From: Bigelowiella natans CCMP2755
Lineage: Eukaryota > Protista > Cercozoa
Length of the DNA stretch: 64,000 bases
Assembly (NCBI GenBank): GCA_000320545.1
Contig: ADNK01001130.1
Span: 62,001 to 126,000 of the forward strand
Reading direction: 5' to 3'
The notes beneath the pieces were generated by a model. It was not told the DNA's origin. It ran no database searches and saw only the letters and a list, made by a program, of their open reading frames with translations. Each line of letters starts with the position of its first letter. Position 1 is the stretch's first letter. This document shows positions 1-13,550 of this stretch, one piece after another. The translations under genes and the position numbers were made by a program.

Positions 1-719
1 TTAATAAAACAGGTGTGGGAGAGTACAACACGCCAAACTACGTGCCGGTAGTAGTAGTAGTAGTAGTAGTAGTAATAGTAAGGGGTAAGATGACCGCAGA
101 AATAGCATCATGAGGCCGCTGCTGCTGCTGCCATTAGATAGATGATAACAATGTAAAAGACGATGTAGATCACATACGACGTAAGTCAGTACCATGACCT
201 AGTACATCATGTGAAATCGTCTTCTCGTAACCCTCCCCCCCCCCCTCCTCCTCCTCCTTCTGCTTCCAAATCATCGTCATCGTCATCGTCATCATCATCA
301 TCATCATCGTGATAATCACAGGCTGGCCCTACGGACTACTCCGTAGACCCCCTCTCGCTTATCGATAACTCTCAAAACTCAGTTCTTATCAACGCAACCA
401 CGCCAGTGGGTGGCGACGATCTGGTAATCAACGCTCTAGCTCTTTGTCGTGTGCCGTCGTTGTCGTTTTCGGGCTCAGTATGCTGTTCTCCGCATTGTTG
501 TTATTATTATTGTTGTTATTATCATTATAAATTATGATAATATATAAGGTTCTGACCGAAGGTTGTTCGTATACTAACATGACCCCAACATCGTCAACTG
601 ACATGGTAGTAAAAGCAGTAGTAGTAGTAGAAGAAGAAGAAGAAGAAGAAGAAGCGGTAGTGAAGTATGGCTCTAAGTTATCATCATATGATGGTGAAGC
701 GAATGACGCAAGGAGCAGG

Positions 720-758
<39 letters not shown>

Positions 759-3461
759 GAAGAAGAAGAACGGGTGAACAAGAAGATAAATTCAAATATG
801 GTCATTTATATAACCAATACCGCTGTTTCACAATGCATATCAAATCTTCATTCTTCTCCTCCCCCCCTCCCCCCCTATCTATCCTCCTCCTCCTTTGTTG
901 TCTCCCAGGCTCGCTATCTCCTCTGCACGTGGAAGGAATTCGAGCAGACAAAATATGGTAACAATAGCGTGCTAGCTAGGAGCAGCAGTAGCACTAGCAG
1001 TAGTTGCGAGTAAAGTAACGGACGGGTGGGATGAGCCCTTCCTTGCCTCTCCCTTACCATTCATTCCCCCTCGTACGAACACCTCATTGCTGCTGAATAA
1101 CGCCGGTGTGTACGGGGATATCACATCAGGGGCCTTCCTGGGTCCCCTTGGCGACGACTCAAGTGTACGCGATCAAATGAACTTCTCCACCATCTTTACA
1201 AACACGACCGCTGTGTTTGGCCTCCCAGCTTTCTTAAGTCTCAGGAACAAGGCGAGGGCGAGAGAGGTACAGCGCGAGTGACGGTGCTCTGTCGCTGTCT
1301 ACACACGAATTCTGCATCGTTATCAGCCTAGCGTAATTTCGAATAGGCGTTACGATCAAAGGGAGCGAGCTCGGCCAGCACCTTTGACATATCTTTAACA
1401 TCATCCCCATGGCCCAAAACAGCCAAGCAGAAAGCTATCAATCAAGCCTTTACCGGTAGCAAAGCAGCTACTATTCCTCTGGGGAAATCCATCCCCCATT
1501 CTCGCTACTGCTATTTTAGAAATTTTGTGCGCTTTGGAATTACATCATTACTGTAGGCTGCTTGTCGCCATTTCACCCCCCCGCCCCCCCTTCGTGCTCC
1601 TCCTCCTCGTCATCATTATCATCATCATCATCACTGCCGTTGTCCCTAACATCATCGAAGGTATTGCGGTGACAATCGCTTTTGCCTTCGTCCCTGCGGG
1701 AGTTGCTGGCTTCATCATTCGTGAAAGACAGACCGGCAGCAAACACCTCCAGATTATATCAGGAGTGAACATCGTCGCATACTGGTCATCAACGACACTT
1801 GTGATTGATTGATTGATTGATGGTGATAGTGGTGGGGATGGGGATGGTGATGATGATGGTGATGCGTTTTCTAAGGTGTCTAGGCAATATCAATCACACA
1901 AACTTCATGTTATTTTATGCAGGCTGTCTAATTTTGCATGGGACTTTCTCAACTTCCTCCCTTCCTGCATCATCGCGTATGTATTCGTCTGCGGCACTAA
2001 TTTCTCTCCTTTTTTTTTTTTAACCCTTTTTTGCACTCTGTTTAAGCGTTGCTTTCTCTATGGTCGCCTTTTTCATTCACACATACACACACACACACAC
2101 ACACATAAACACACACCACACACGCACGCACGCACGCACAATTGATTACACAACGATTCCAGGTTGATCGTGTTCGCTATATATGATCTGGAGGCCTACA
2201 CTGGCGATGCCGCTGGGGTATGCATGGCCGACGACGACGATGATGATGATGATTCTGATTTACGACATTTGTGAAATAGTAATAGTAGTGGTAATTGAGG
2301 ATACTTCTTCCAATATCCACGACAACTAGCGATTTGCACGCTTGATAAAAGAACGTGTAGGCGAAGGAGAGGGTGGGGGAGATTAGATTGCAATACGACT
2401 TTTAAGAGTTCTACTGAGAGATGAAGATCTTCCCGCGCTGTGTGTGTGTATGTGGGGATGAAGATATGTTGGTATCCTAATATGCTTTATTCTTCCTGGC
2501 AACTGATATCTCTGATCTTCCCATTGTATATGAATATCTGCTACCATAGGTTGTTTTCCTAACGTCTCTTCTCTTTGCTCTAGGTAGTACTGTAATAGCA
2601 AGGAGACCGTGCTGTCATTGAATTCCCACTCATCGTCTCCTTCCATGCGTTGTTTGTCTATGGCTTGTTGTGAGTGCTTGGCAGCTGCCTCTAGTGGCTT
2701 TGTATACTCTGATTTTCTTCGTTCCTATACCAGCCATCATCCCTTTCACATACTGCATGAGTTTCTTGTTCAAGACGCCAGCAACAGGGCAGGTACCGCA
2801 CTTGGATCGACATTATTACTGATGATGATGATGATGATGATGAGTATAATGGTAGCAAGAGCAGTTTATCACTGAATTTTCATTGTCGTTATGGTACTAC
2901 TACTACAACAACAACTACTACTACTACTACTCAGGTTGTAATGCTGCTGATCTACTTCTTATCTGGAACGATTCTACTCATCGTCAGTGCCATCCTTTCC
3001 GTCATCAGCTCGACGAAGGAGATCAATGACAAGCTCAAATTCGTAAGCAAGAGGAAGAAAAAAGCGATACTGCGAGAGAGCCTTCTAACCCTTCCCAACT
3101 CAATCATCCCCCCTCCCCCCACACACACGTGGTTCGAATGAGGAAAAACGCCTGAGAGGTTGAGGAAGGGAGGGGGACAGAATGATAATGATGATGATAA
3201 TGATGAGTGCCTTTTTCTTTGCTCTCTAATCCTCTCTTCCTCCTCCTTCTCCTCCCCCACCTCTTAATATTATTGTCGCAGGTATACCGCCTTGTTCCGT
3301 CATACTGCTTTGGAGAAGTCGTCTCTAATCTAGCTATTCTTTCCATCAGTAAGCAACAACAAAACGATGACGACGACGATGAAGACAACGAATTTAGTAC
3401 AGATGAAGAAGAAGATGATGATAATGATAAAGAAGAAGAAGGGGAAGAGAAAAAGAAAGAC

Positions 3462-3492
<31 letters not shown>

Positions 3493-4614
3493 ACCCCAAT
3501 AAAAAATATAACAAAAAAAGAAACAGGTTGTGTCATCTGTTAGGATTGTTTATCAAAATGCTGCTGCATCTTCTTCATCACCATCATCTATTATGTTTTC
3601 TTCTACATTGTTGTTGTTGCTGCTGCTGCTGTTTTGCTGCTGCGGATATAGACGAAAGTTCTGGTGGTAACAAGACGAATCCAGCCAAATGGAGCACTAT
3701 AGGTCACTTACATTAGGATTGCGACGATAGAAACAATAGGATTAAGGGGGAGAATGTATAATGGTGGTGATGATGAAAACTAACAAAAGCAAGAGAGAGG
3801 GTATATAATGGTGGTGATGATGGAAACTAACATAACCTTCCATCGTATCGCTATAAAAGGTCAGTAGAGACCAAACACAACTCCGATCATCATCATCATC
3901 ATCATCTAAGCATCATCTACATTCTTTGTCTGGCCCCCTTTACCCTCCTCACTACCGCTGATAATCGTCTCTATTGTTGTCGCTAGGCTGGCCATGCGTC
4001 TATATGACTCTTGAAGCAATCATCTACACAATCATTTTGTTCCTTATCGAGAAGATCCTAGCCACGCCAGATCTGTAAGCACTCCCCTCCCCCACCCCCC
4101 CCCCCTCTCCCTCCCTAACGGGGGTGGGTAAATGAGAGATGGAAGAAAACATGGAAGCTTGAATACTAGTGAGATAGCTGACTAGTGAGATAGCTGTCTA
4201 ACTGCAAGTTGTCTCAATTTCATACGCTTCCTGTAGATATGCAAGGTTTTTCCCCGCGCCTGCAGTTGATGATGAGAATTACGAAGAGGATCAAGACATC
4301 GTGAACGAGAGAAAGCGTGTTCAAGGCAACAAGGTATGGGATTGCTGCTGTAAATGACGACTCGTACATAGTTTCATTACTGATTCTTTATAAGCAATGG
4401 TCGGTTGAAAGATTGTGGGTATGAGTGTTCTGTTTCTGGATGATGACGATGATTTATACGATGATGATGATGATGATAATGATGACTGGTACAACTCTCC
4501 AGGCGCTCGAGAACTGGGCTCCTGATGCACTTCAAGTGAGGGGACTTCGTAAGGTAAGGATCAGTGCTTGTATGTACTACTCCTTTCACGCTATAAGGCT
4601 TTTGGCAAATGACG

Positions 4615-4656
<42 letters not shown>

Positions 4657-4709
4657 GGGGGGGGGGGGGGAGGAGAAATAGAGTCGTACGTTCAAAGCAC
4701 ACATAAATA

Positions 4710-4754
<45 letters not shown>

Positions 4755-6159
4755 CAGGTGTATAGCGGGCCGAAGGTAGCCGTGAAGGACTTGTGGTTTG
4801 GAATCCCTCGTGGCCAGTGCTTTGGTTTCCTCGGCATCAACGGAGCAGGTATCTGCTGCTTTAGTAGTTGTTGTTGTTGTTTTAAGTCAGTCAAATGCTG
4901 CTTTACTTTGCGCTCTACCGCTGTGAGCGTACAGCTGCCAGACACCTACACGAACAGACAGAAAACCACGTATTAATTAGGTAAATCAACGACGTTGAAA
5001 ATGCTCACTGGAGACGTTCTGCCAACTCTCGGAACGGCGAATCTTGCTGGCAAAGACATCCTCTCAGAGCAAGAGGAGGTGAGTATACATTAAGCAGCAC
5101 GATGGGAAGAGGAGGAGTAGGAGGAGGAGGAGGAGACACGGGCAGAATGCAACGAGAGACGTAGCGGATATATGGTTTTTGGTGTTGAAGATGACTTGAA
5201 GCACCGATATGATTTCAATGTCAATACCACCGAATGCATCGTTTTGCAGTGTTATTGACGTGGTTTTCATTCTTGCTTATCTGCAGGTTCGCAGCCTGAT
5301 CGGCTACTGCCCTCAATTTGACGCGCTTCTACCAAATCTTACCGCACGTGAAACTCTTAGGATGTTCGCTACTATCAAAGGGGTGGGAGCAACACTTACA
5401 ACAGTGCTATATTGTACTCAGCAGGATTTTTCCGTAGCTTGAAACTGAAACCCTCAGCCATTTTGTACAAGTCATTTAGCTGTGTGCCTGTGTGTAAATA
5501 ATCATAATCTGCTGCTGTGGAGGCTGGTAACGCTGCTGCTGCTGTACGCGTGTGGTTTGTGTGTGTGTTACCACTACTTACACATACATACCAACGCAAA
5601 TCGTCAGGTTCCACCAAAGTCTCTTGAGCCGTACGTGTTTGAAATGTGCAAGCAGCTCAGCTTGGACATGAATGGATGGTAGTAATAGTGTAGTAATAGT
5701 AATAATAGTAGTAGTAGTATCTCAAAAAAACAAAATGTTTTAAGAGAACACGACGAATCTTGTACCACGGTGGGACATCCTGCTTCGAAACACAAATCCG
5801 TAGATGTTTCCGGTTCCATTCAAATGTTGGGAGTGAGTCTGACTCTGACAGTACGCGCTGTTTACTACCAAGCGCACACAGAATAGGAAGAACTAGATTA
5901 AAACGACGACGACGACGATGGTGATGATGATGATGATGATGATAATGATGATGATAAATTGTAATATTTCCCCCTTCTAATCCTGTGCCGTGCTACCAGG
6001 CTTGATAAACCTTGTGGAGGCTACTCTGGAGGCAACAAGCGTAAGCTTTCTGTCGGAATTGCATTGGTAATAATGGCTGAGGGAAATTAGCCACTACATA
6101 ATGACGCTTTCTCATAAATGAATGTCATCATTACTTCCTTACCATTATCAGTATCATCT

Positions 6160-6198
<39 letters not shown>

Positions 6199-7521
6199 TC
6201 ATTTCATGATCATCGTTCACTCAAGCGAGTTGATTTGCTCTGTTTGGGATAACTACTACTACTACTACTACTACTTCTACTACTACACTTGTCAGGTTGG
6301 AAATCCTCCCATTGTCTTCCTTGATGAGCCTTCTACCGGTAGTGTTTAGTAGTATCACACTAAGAATGATGATAATGATGATGATGATGATGATGATGTT
6401 TCCCATCCAAATGAATATTGTTCATGAAGCTTTTAAACTGTACTCAGCACTTTTTCTTCTTCATCATCATCTTCTTCTTCTTCTTCTTGTTAATACTTGG
6501 CATATTTTCCATCCGCTGCAACGCTAAGGAATGGATCCTGGAGCGCGTCGTTTCATGTGGGATCTGATCAGCAGTACCATGGCTACCCGTTCTGTAGTGC
6601 TGACGACCCACTCTATGGAGGAGTGCGAGGCTTTGTGCAGTCGCATCGGCATCATGGTGGGGGGGCGACTGCGATGCATAGGATCATCGTCACATCTAAG
6701 GGCGCGTTACGGATCAGGCTATCAATTAGACCTCAAATCGGAGTCTGGCAAGTCGTTCGAAATCAGATCATGGGTCCTTAACCAAACCGTGAATCCTGTG
6801 GACATGTCAATCATTTCATTTCCAATTCGTCTCTGTCAATCCCTGCAACCACATGCCAATGGCAGTCTCCTCGCTCCATCCCCCCCACCCCCCGCCAATC
6901 GGATCGGTGTGGCCACCACGCTGACAGCGAAAATAATAATTGCACAGGTACAGAAGGAATTCAAAGGCGCCAAAATAATAGAAGACCAAGGTTCTTTGCT
7001 ATTTCATAAGAACAATGACGCCGTACTCACACAAAATGCATGTCTCCTCCTCAACTCATCCCCACATCACTAAAATACGATGTTCAGGGCAATATATGAA
7101 ATTCCGCCTGGATTCCACCGGGAGAACTCTGGGCAGCGTCTTCCGCATCATTGAGAGCAATAAGCAGCGTGGGATAGCCGAATACTCCGTGAGCGAAACG
7201 ACCCTTGAGCAGATCTTCCTTCACTTTGCAAAACAACAGGAAGAGGAAACAGGTAATGTAAGTGATCGTCATAGCGGGAGGTATTTCCCAAGAGTATGAC
7301 CCTTGTTCTTTTTGTTCCGAGATGTGATTTTGTTTGCTCTGGCTGCCGGTGCAACAATAGGTGCTGTGGCAGGATTCGTAAATGGCTCTCGTACTCACTC
7401 ACACTCAACAGCGACAGTAGAGAGGAAGGTAAGGAAAAGAAATATTATTCCAAATAATGATAAATTAGTGGAAGAAATAGCTTTAAGAGCTCGCATCTCC
7501 TTTACTCTCCCGTCCGTGTAA
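1..7521 (+). CDS. ABCA-subfamily ABC transporter, 3' part (second TMD + NBD2), multi-exon, 5' truncated by the window edge
   Basis: Exons encode [54 protein letters not shown] (Walker A), [25 protein letters not shown] (signature), [19 protein letters not shown] (Walker B), [13 protein letters not shown] and [21 protein letters not shown] introns are rich in microsatellites. The 3' end is uncertain (7299 or 7521). Confidence 0.95.
4618..4748. repeat. Compound intronic microsatellite (GA)n-poly(G)...(TA)n
   Basis: Directly visible in an ABCA intron. Confidence 0.95.
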
Positions 7522-7945
7522 TTAACCGACAAAAATGGCACAGAGTGTAAATGCACAATCTCAAAAATAGAAGTGACGATTTCCATGTGACTGAAGAGAG
7601 GCAATGATGAGAATGCAAATTCCGACGTTCATTGAAAATATTGTCAATATTAAAAGGCGAGCCTTCAGGAGACTCTTCTTGAAAGGGAACAAAAGGAAGG
7701 CTATATGAAGCTGTGAGACACGAACTCTAATTTTCGCCATCGCCTTAGGGAAAGTTAGAGTCCTGGACTACCCAAATACATGCTCAAACGTGGTGGGCTA
7801 TATAAATTTAGTATTGGAATATCATTGTTTTTCATTGCATCAAGTATATAACAACATTTGGCTTAATACAAGTGCTAATATCTAATCACATAAGTAAGAG
7901 CGTGTACTCATTGCATTCGTAATGATGACATTGCACGCAAATGAT

Positions 7946-7983
<38 letters not shown>

Positions 7984-8538
7984 AATGCATTTGCGTGCAG
8001 GTGCACTGCGTGCAGTCAGACAAGCCATGGCAGATGCCGATGGCCTCTTTCCACGCATGTGTGTGCTGTTCACAGTCTGCATTAGTGCTGTAGCCGCTGC
8101 TTATACTTAGCTTTGCACAGCTTTAGCATTAGCATATAGGACGCTGATGCGTAGCAACCATGACCCAAATTTCATTTCCCCGCCACTCTACTAGCATAGC
8201 ACTGTCGCAAATTGCCTACCCGTACGCTACTCCAACATTAGCGCTGTAGCCGCTACATTGCGCAGCTACATGAGGATGACCATTGAACAAATTTACTCCG
8301 GCCCATATAAGATGCGGTAGCCACCTGCTGGACTTTGTTTCGCTCATATCTAGATTTGCGATGCTGGGAAAGGATGCATGGCATATGAATTTGGCCAATG
8401 CGGTCAAAATTTATGCTTAAATGTCTATTTGCCATTAAATGCGCAAATACCAAAAGGTGAAAGCTCTGTTTATATAACTTTCACTGGTATGACAGTGTTA
8501 TAATTTCATTTAGATTTTATAATTGATAGCGATTTGAT

Positions 8539-10089
8539 TTAATTCTTTGACCAATATCCGTAGGCTCCCTGGCCATAACCGCCAGATGCTTCATTGTTGC
8601 CACATTTTTTCAAGCAACCCGAGCCCTTAGCAGGATTGCCTTTCGGGTAACTGAATCCAGAACATTGAGAATCGGAGAGGCACAGGTTCTTCATATCATG
8701 TAGCTTGAATGTGCCGCACATGATATTTGAACAATGAGGCCACTTAAAGGCATACTTGAAGTGAATAACTCCTGTTGCAACGCCCTTTGCTATGTAACCG
8801 TGAGTTCCCGTTAATCCATATTGAGCAGAATTTTCATTACTGCCACACATCTTTAAGCATCCTTGTCCCTGCTCAGGATTATTGACAGGGAAACTGAAGC
8901 CTGTGCATTGCTGATTAGCTTTGCATTCTTCCTTTGCCTTCACGATTGAAAATTGTCCACACTTGAAGTTTCTGCATGAAGGAACATTAAGAGTAAATAA
9001 CAGGAAACTAATCATATCACAAAAACGATCAAGATAAATACATGTCATTCATGTGTATCTCAATTGTTAAAACTCCGCGTCACATTCTTTTTACTAATTT
9101 ACTCACTTGCAATGCGGCCAAACTTCTTGATACTTTTGGTACCACTTCGTAGTTGCTGGCGGTTTGGGCACAACAGTTGGCTGTTTCGGTCCCTCTACGG
9201 GTCCTTCCTGGATTGGTTTCGGCCCTTCGTTGGGTCCTTCTGCTATAGGTGATGTCGGCTTTAGAGTTGGCTTTTCAGTAGGCTTTAAGGTAGGCTTCTC
9301 CGTAGGTTTTAAGGTAGGCTTCTGAGTGGGCTTCTGAGTGGGCTTCTCTGTAGGCCTTGGGGTTTGCTGCTCAGTAGGCTTCTCAGTAGGCTTCATTGTC
9401 GGCTTCTCAGTTGGCTTCAATGTCGGCTTTAAGGTTGGTTTAGCAGTGGGTAGTTCCTCTTTGGGTAGATCTTCTACTTCACATTTCTTTGCGATATTTT
9501 TGCAGCAAGAGGCGTAGCAGTTTTGTGTGTAGGGATTATCGTAAGGCTTGGCCTCCGAGGACATGTTGTATGCAAGGAAATCACATGTGTCAGTCCCTTC
9601 GCATGTGTAGAAAGCGCAGTCGCACCCCTTTGTTTCGAAAGAGTCTCCATCTCCACTCTGCATTGAGTATTGATATGCTTCTTTGAGACTCACACACCAC
9701 GATGTGTTTCTAGCCCTTGCGATACGTGCTTCCCAAGATGCTTGTAGGTTCTCCTGGTTAGTTGCTTGCCAGAAATTCTTTGGAAGCCTACAATAGAAAA
9801 GTAGGAAAACGTCTTTAACATACTATCTTTATTATAATTTCCATTTAGAGAAGGATTTGTACCCTGTTGTTTTGGTGTCCTTGGTGTAAATGACATCGAC
9901 ACAGATATGATGGTTAGTGACGAAATCGCAGGCAAAATCATCTCCACAATGTTTGGTATCAGGATCCTTCATAGATTCTAGAGATTTTGCATTCTTCGGT
10001 TTGCCCGGGATATTAGCTAGGCCATGGGTAAGCACCGCCATCAACCCAAGGCTGAGGAGCAACATTGCACTGCGAGGAGGGCACGCCAT
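8539..10089 (-). CDS. Secreted/surface protein: signal peptide, Cys-rich N-domain, PT(x)K mucin-like stalk, two tandem ~70-aa Cys repeats (PAN/apple-like)
   Basis: Starts [23 protein letters not shown] (signal peptide). ORFs 9832-10089, 9103-9693 and 8539-9048 join through GT-AG introns. The repeated motif WPHC..CG.F..C..C.GFS.P..NP..G.GCLK.CG.NE occurs twice. Confidence 0.8.
9250..9450 (-). repeat. Coding tandem repeat (PTxK)n, 12-nt unit, about 16 copies
   Basis: [24 protein letters not shown]... in ORF 9103-9693. Confidence 0.9.
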
Positions 10090-10689
10090 GATGATTTATC
10101 TGCCACGAAAAATTAGATAAGAGAGGTACTTTTCAAGTACCGACTTGCCTACTTCCATGTCGCTATCACGAAATATCGTACACATCCATTGGACTTTAAA
10201 TAATGTTCATGCCGCTACTACCAACATGTGCCATTTCCATGATCATGAGGTTCAATGAATGCAGGACGTTTTAGTCACCTTTTTATAAATGATGCTGGAA
10301 ATAGTGAAAATTACACCACAAGAATAATGTAACGGAGTTTGCGAAACGCCTAGGATTCATGGGTTCTTCCGGTGATTTATCTTTTTCTGCATGTGGTTTT
10401 GAGATTTTATCAGACATTGCCAGGGATTCAGATTGACGACATTCTTTTTTTGTTTAACAAACGCGAATTTGTTGCGTATTTACTTGACTGATTCCGTATG
10501 TATCATGCTGCAAATAGATCAGAATTTATCCAATGGACATCTATTCTTACACTAACGCTAGTACATCATCATGTCTCAAGGCGCACCACCATTTTCTTTC
10601 TTTTTCCTTTTTTTGGTCCCTAGATCTAGATCTACGCTGGTTGGAAAAGCGACCAACATGTATGGAAACATGCATGAATCAACAGTAGA

Positions 10690-11018
10690 AATTATTTTTT
10701 CGCAAACTTTTTAAATTCGATTTGAATTTTGTCGCCTTTGCCCTCAGGCGAGACGTGCTGAAGGAACGGAATAGGAGAGGAGGCGATGCGATCAGCGCCA
10801 TATTGAACATAGAAGCTAACGATCTCCTCAAAGATAGCGGGGCTTTGGCAGATTCCTACAATTCGATCTGGAAAGTTGTCCGATCAGTAGTAGCATTACG
10901 GCATGGTTCCTCAACTCAATCCATTGGCCTACAGCCATATAAACCTTCTCGTCTTCTTCATTCTAGTAGTTCGAGGTTATTTTTCTGCAGAGTATTTAAA
11001 TCGTATAAATTTTAAGTG

Positions 11019-11066
<48 letters not shown>

Positions 11067-11094
11067 CAATATATTTATAGACATGCACATATTA

Positions 11095-11125
<31 letters not shown>

Positions 11126-11690
11126 CAATTGTAAGTTGGTGGTTGATCAGGTGCCCAACTCAATGTAAACACAGCTTCTGAAAACCAAGCTGTAATGCGC
11201 AGCGAATCAAGAGCGTTAGAGGAGTTTGCTCTTGCACTAAATTTAACAACAGGTTGAAATTTTTGAACTATAATGTGAGGGAAATTTCAAATTCATAACA
11301 TGTAGGAGGTGGATGGAACAAATGTAAAACTTGCGTCTTCATGATAGAACGAGTAAAAAAGGTATGAGCTTTAATGGGTGAAATGCTGCTTGAGGTTGAT
11401 TATTGTTTCTTTCTATACACATACAATAAAGGGAACGAACATGCTACTGCCTGCCATTTGCTCGGAGCTGCATCTCAAATACCCTGACGCATATAAAGAT
11501 GTAAGTTCATATATTCATCATTACAACATTGAATTAAAGATGGAATCTATGCAGTGTCATAAGCTATTGACAGCAATAAACGGCGAAGCAAATAATATCA
11601 GGTCAAATTAATACGGTCCATCGATTGTATGGCTACGTTTCACCTTTGAATGATAATGCAGATATTGGCTGTTTGAAGGGTGCTACAAAT
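10690..11690 (-). pseudogene. Possible decayed BTB/BACK-domain gene
   Basis: Minus-strand exon-like pieces, several flanked by AG/GT: TLQTANICIIIQ, LMTLHRF, VFEMQLRANGR, LLIRCALQLGFQKLCLH*VGHLIN (internal stop) and NEEDEKVYMAVGQWIELRNH (BACK-like E..V..AV..W). Frames do not join cleanly. Confidence 0.3.
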
Positions 11691-11789
11691 ATGAAGTTTA
11701 CGAAGCGAAAGAATGGACGAAGGTTGCTTCTATTAACAACGATCATAATGGATTTAATCAAATCTCATACATATTTGCACGGAACTCAC

Positions 11790-11825
<36 letters not shown>

Positions 11826-12189
11826 CATCTTTAATGTATTTTTGTGTGTGCTCTAAACACACGTGTACAAGCGCACTAATTTTTCCTTATCTAAATCAGC
11901 CCTGTCCGTCACACGTCATCTGCACATCTCTTGATAAGTACTGCAAGGAACTTCCACCAGAGGATCCGTTTGCATAGCAAAAACAACTTTTGTCTTAGCT
12001 CTTGGCAAACTTGAGCGATGGCTCCATGTTCCATGTGCATCATGAACTACATAGATGCAGGAGACATGGGTGCAATGTTGGCCTAGCACGGCACAGCTAC
12101 AAATGAAACCTCCGTAAAACATGCATCCGAGCATGGTGCCGCCGCATTTGCATGCAAAATGACCAAATTCTGATGACCTCAGAAAGATA

Positions 12190-13420
12190 TGGAGATCTGG
12201 AGATCCTCTTGGACAAACAAGCTGTGTGCACCAGCCACACAAGGTGCCGTGGTGTGACGCACAGCTGCGTGCTGGATTCGATCATGTTTCCCCAACTGTG
12301 CTCAAGCGTGCAAAATCCAGAGCGCACATGTTCCGGCACGCTGCGCGATGATTCCACGCGCAACTGTCGTCATGCAGGCACGCAGTCTGCTGTCAGCACA
12401 CAAGCAAGCTAGTCATGACCGATGGGCAGGCAGACAGCACACAGATTCGAAGCCATGGCAGCCATGACACGTTTGACCGAATGATGAGCACAACCTGCTG
12501 TCAAACTATTGAGAGACTACGCTTGGGCGCAACAGCGCAACAGTCATGCGCGGAAACACGCCTGCAGCGCAAGAAGTGTCCGATCCATGAAAACCATCTT
12601 CATCCCCATCTTCGTTGCCATCATCATCACCGTCATCATTGAATCATCGTCACGTTTGTGGACCACGTTTCCAAAACGTCTCCAAAACGTCTTGCAACAT
12701 TTTGGAAATGTGGTTCATCACAATTGCAATGGAATCATGTGCACTGTGTCCATGGTCATTGTTCATTGTTCAATGTGGATTGAGTCAAGCGGGTTTGCTG
12801 AGTGGACGGGGACGGGTCGTGAAACAAAGTGGATCATCGCTCAGTTCAGCAGTGGCAAACGGGATCAAGCAAACTTGAAAATCGCAAAGCAAACGTCTCT
12901 TGCATCGCTTGGTGCAGTGCACACCATCGCGTCGTGCCTTGGAAAGACGCCAGCCCCACCAGGGATGAGTTGCAAACTGTCCACACACTGCACAGAAGGT
13001 GTCAAAGCACCCATGGGATGGGTGGACGGGGGAACGATGAGGAAAGCTGTTCGTGATGGAAAAAGCTCGCTTGGAATCAAGACTGGAAGAGCCCGTTGCA
13101 CCCTCCGAAACAGCTACGTGAGGATGATCATTGAACAAACTCAACAGATTGATCACATCCGTCTCACCTTCCGAAAGTGCAGAAGTGGGGTGCTCTTCCG
13201 CAGCTGTCAAGGTTCAATCAAGGTTCAAGATTCGTTCGTTCGATGTTCCAACAAGGTGTTGCAAGCACTGTTAACAAGCTAGGTGCACCTGAAGCAGGTG
13301 GACAAAGGGGCACACCGAGCGCGCTCATTGTGGGAGTTGGCCCAGACAAACAAGGTTGGATTGCCGATGACTGAAAGCATTCCCGATGATGTGGCAAGCT
13401 GTTTGTGCGATGAATTTCGC
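12190..13420. pseudogene. TpA-depleted relic sequence (dead gene or TE remnant); the long overlapping ORFs are an artefact of lost TAA/TAG stops
   Basis: Only 6 TpA in ~1230 bp and none in 12520-13114. ORF 12509-13282 has 2 Tyr against 11 Cys and 9 His. Confidence 0.55.
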
Positions 13421-13550
13421 ATAGAGGTAAACTGGAACAACAGGAGTTAGCAGATGTCGTCATTCCCAGTCAAAATTAGGAACATTTTGGCACGAAATAT
13501 GTCGGTATTCTCGAGTATTGTCATTGTTCACTGGGCAAGTGAGGCAACGA

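Noticed and set aside
428-1013. Many ORFs with poly-IY, poly-CV, poly-HT, poly-M or poly-L runs here and across ABCA and TOR
   Set aside because: They are translations of intronic microsatellites, not genes.
1252-1347. Possible GC-AG intron in ABCA
   Set aside because: An in-frame GT donor 15 nt downstream works equally well; cannot be decided from sequence.
12509-13282. 257-aa ORF as a functional gene
   Set aside because: Openness in several frames on both strands is explained by TpA loss; no recognisable domain.
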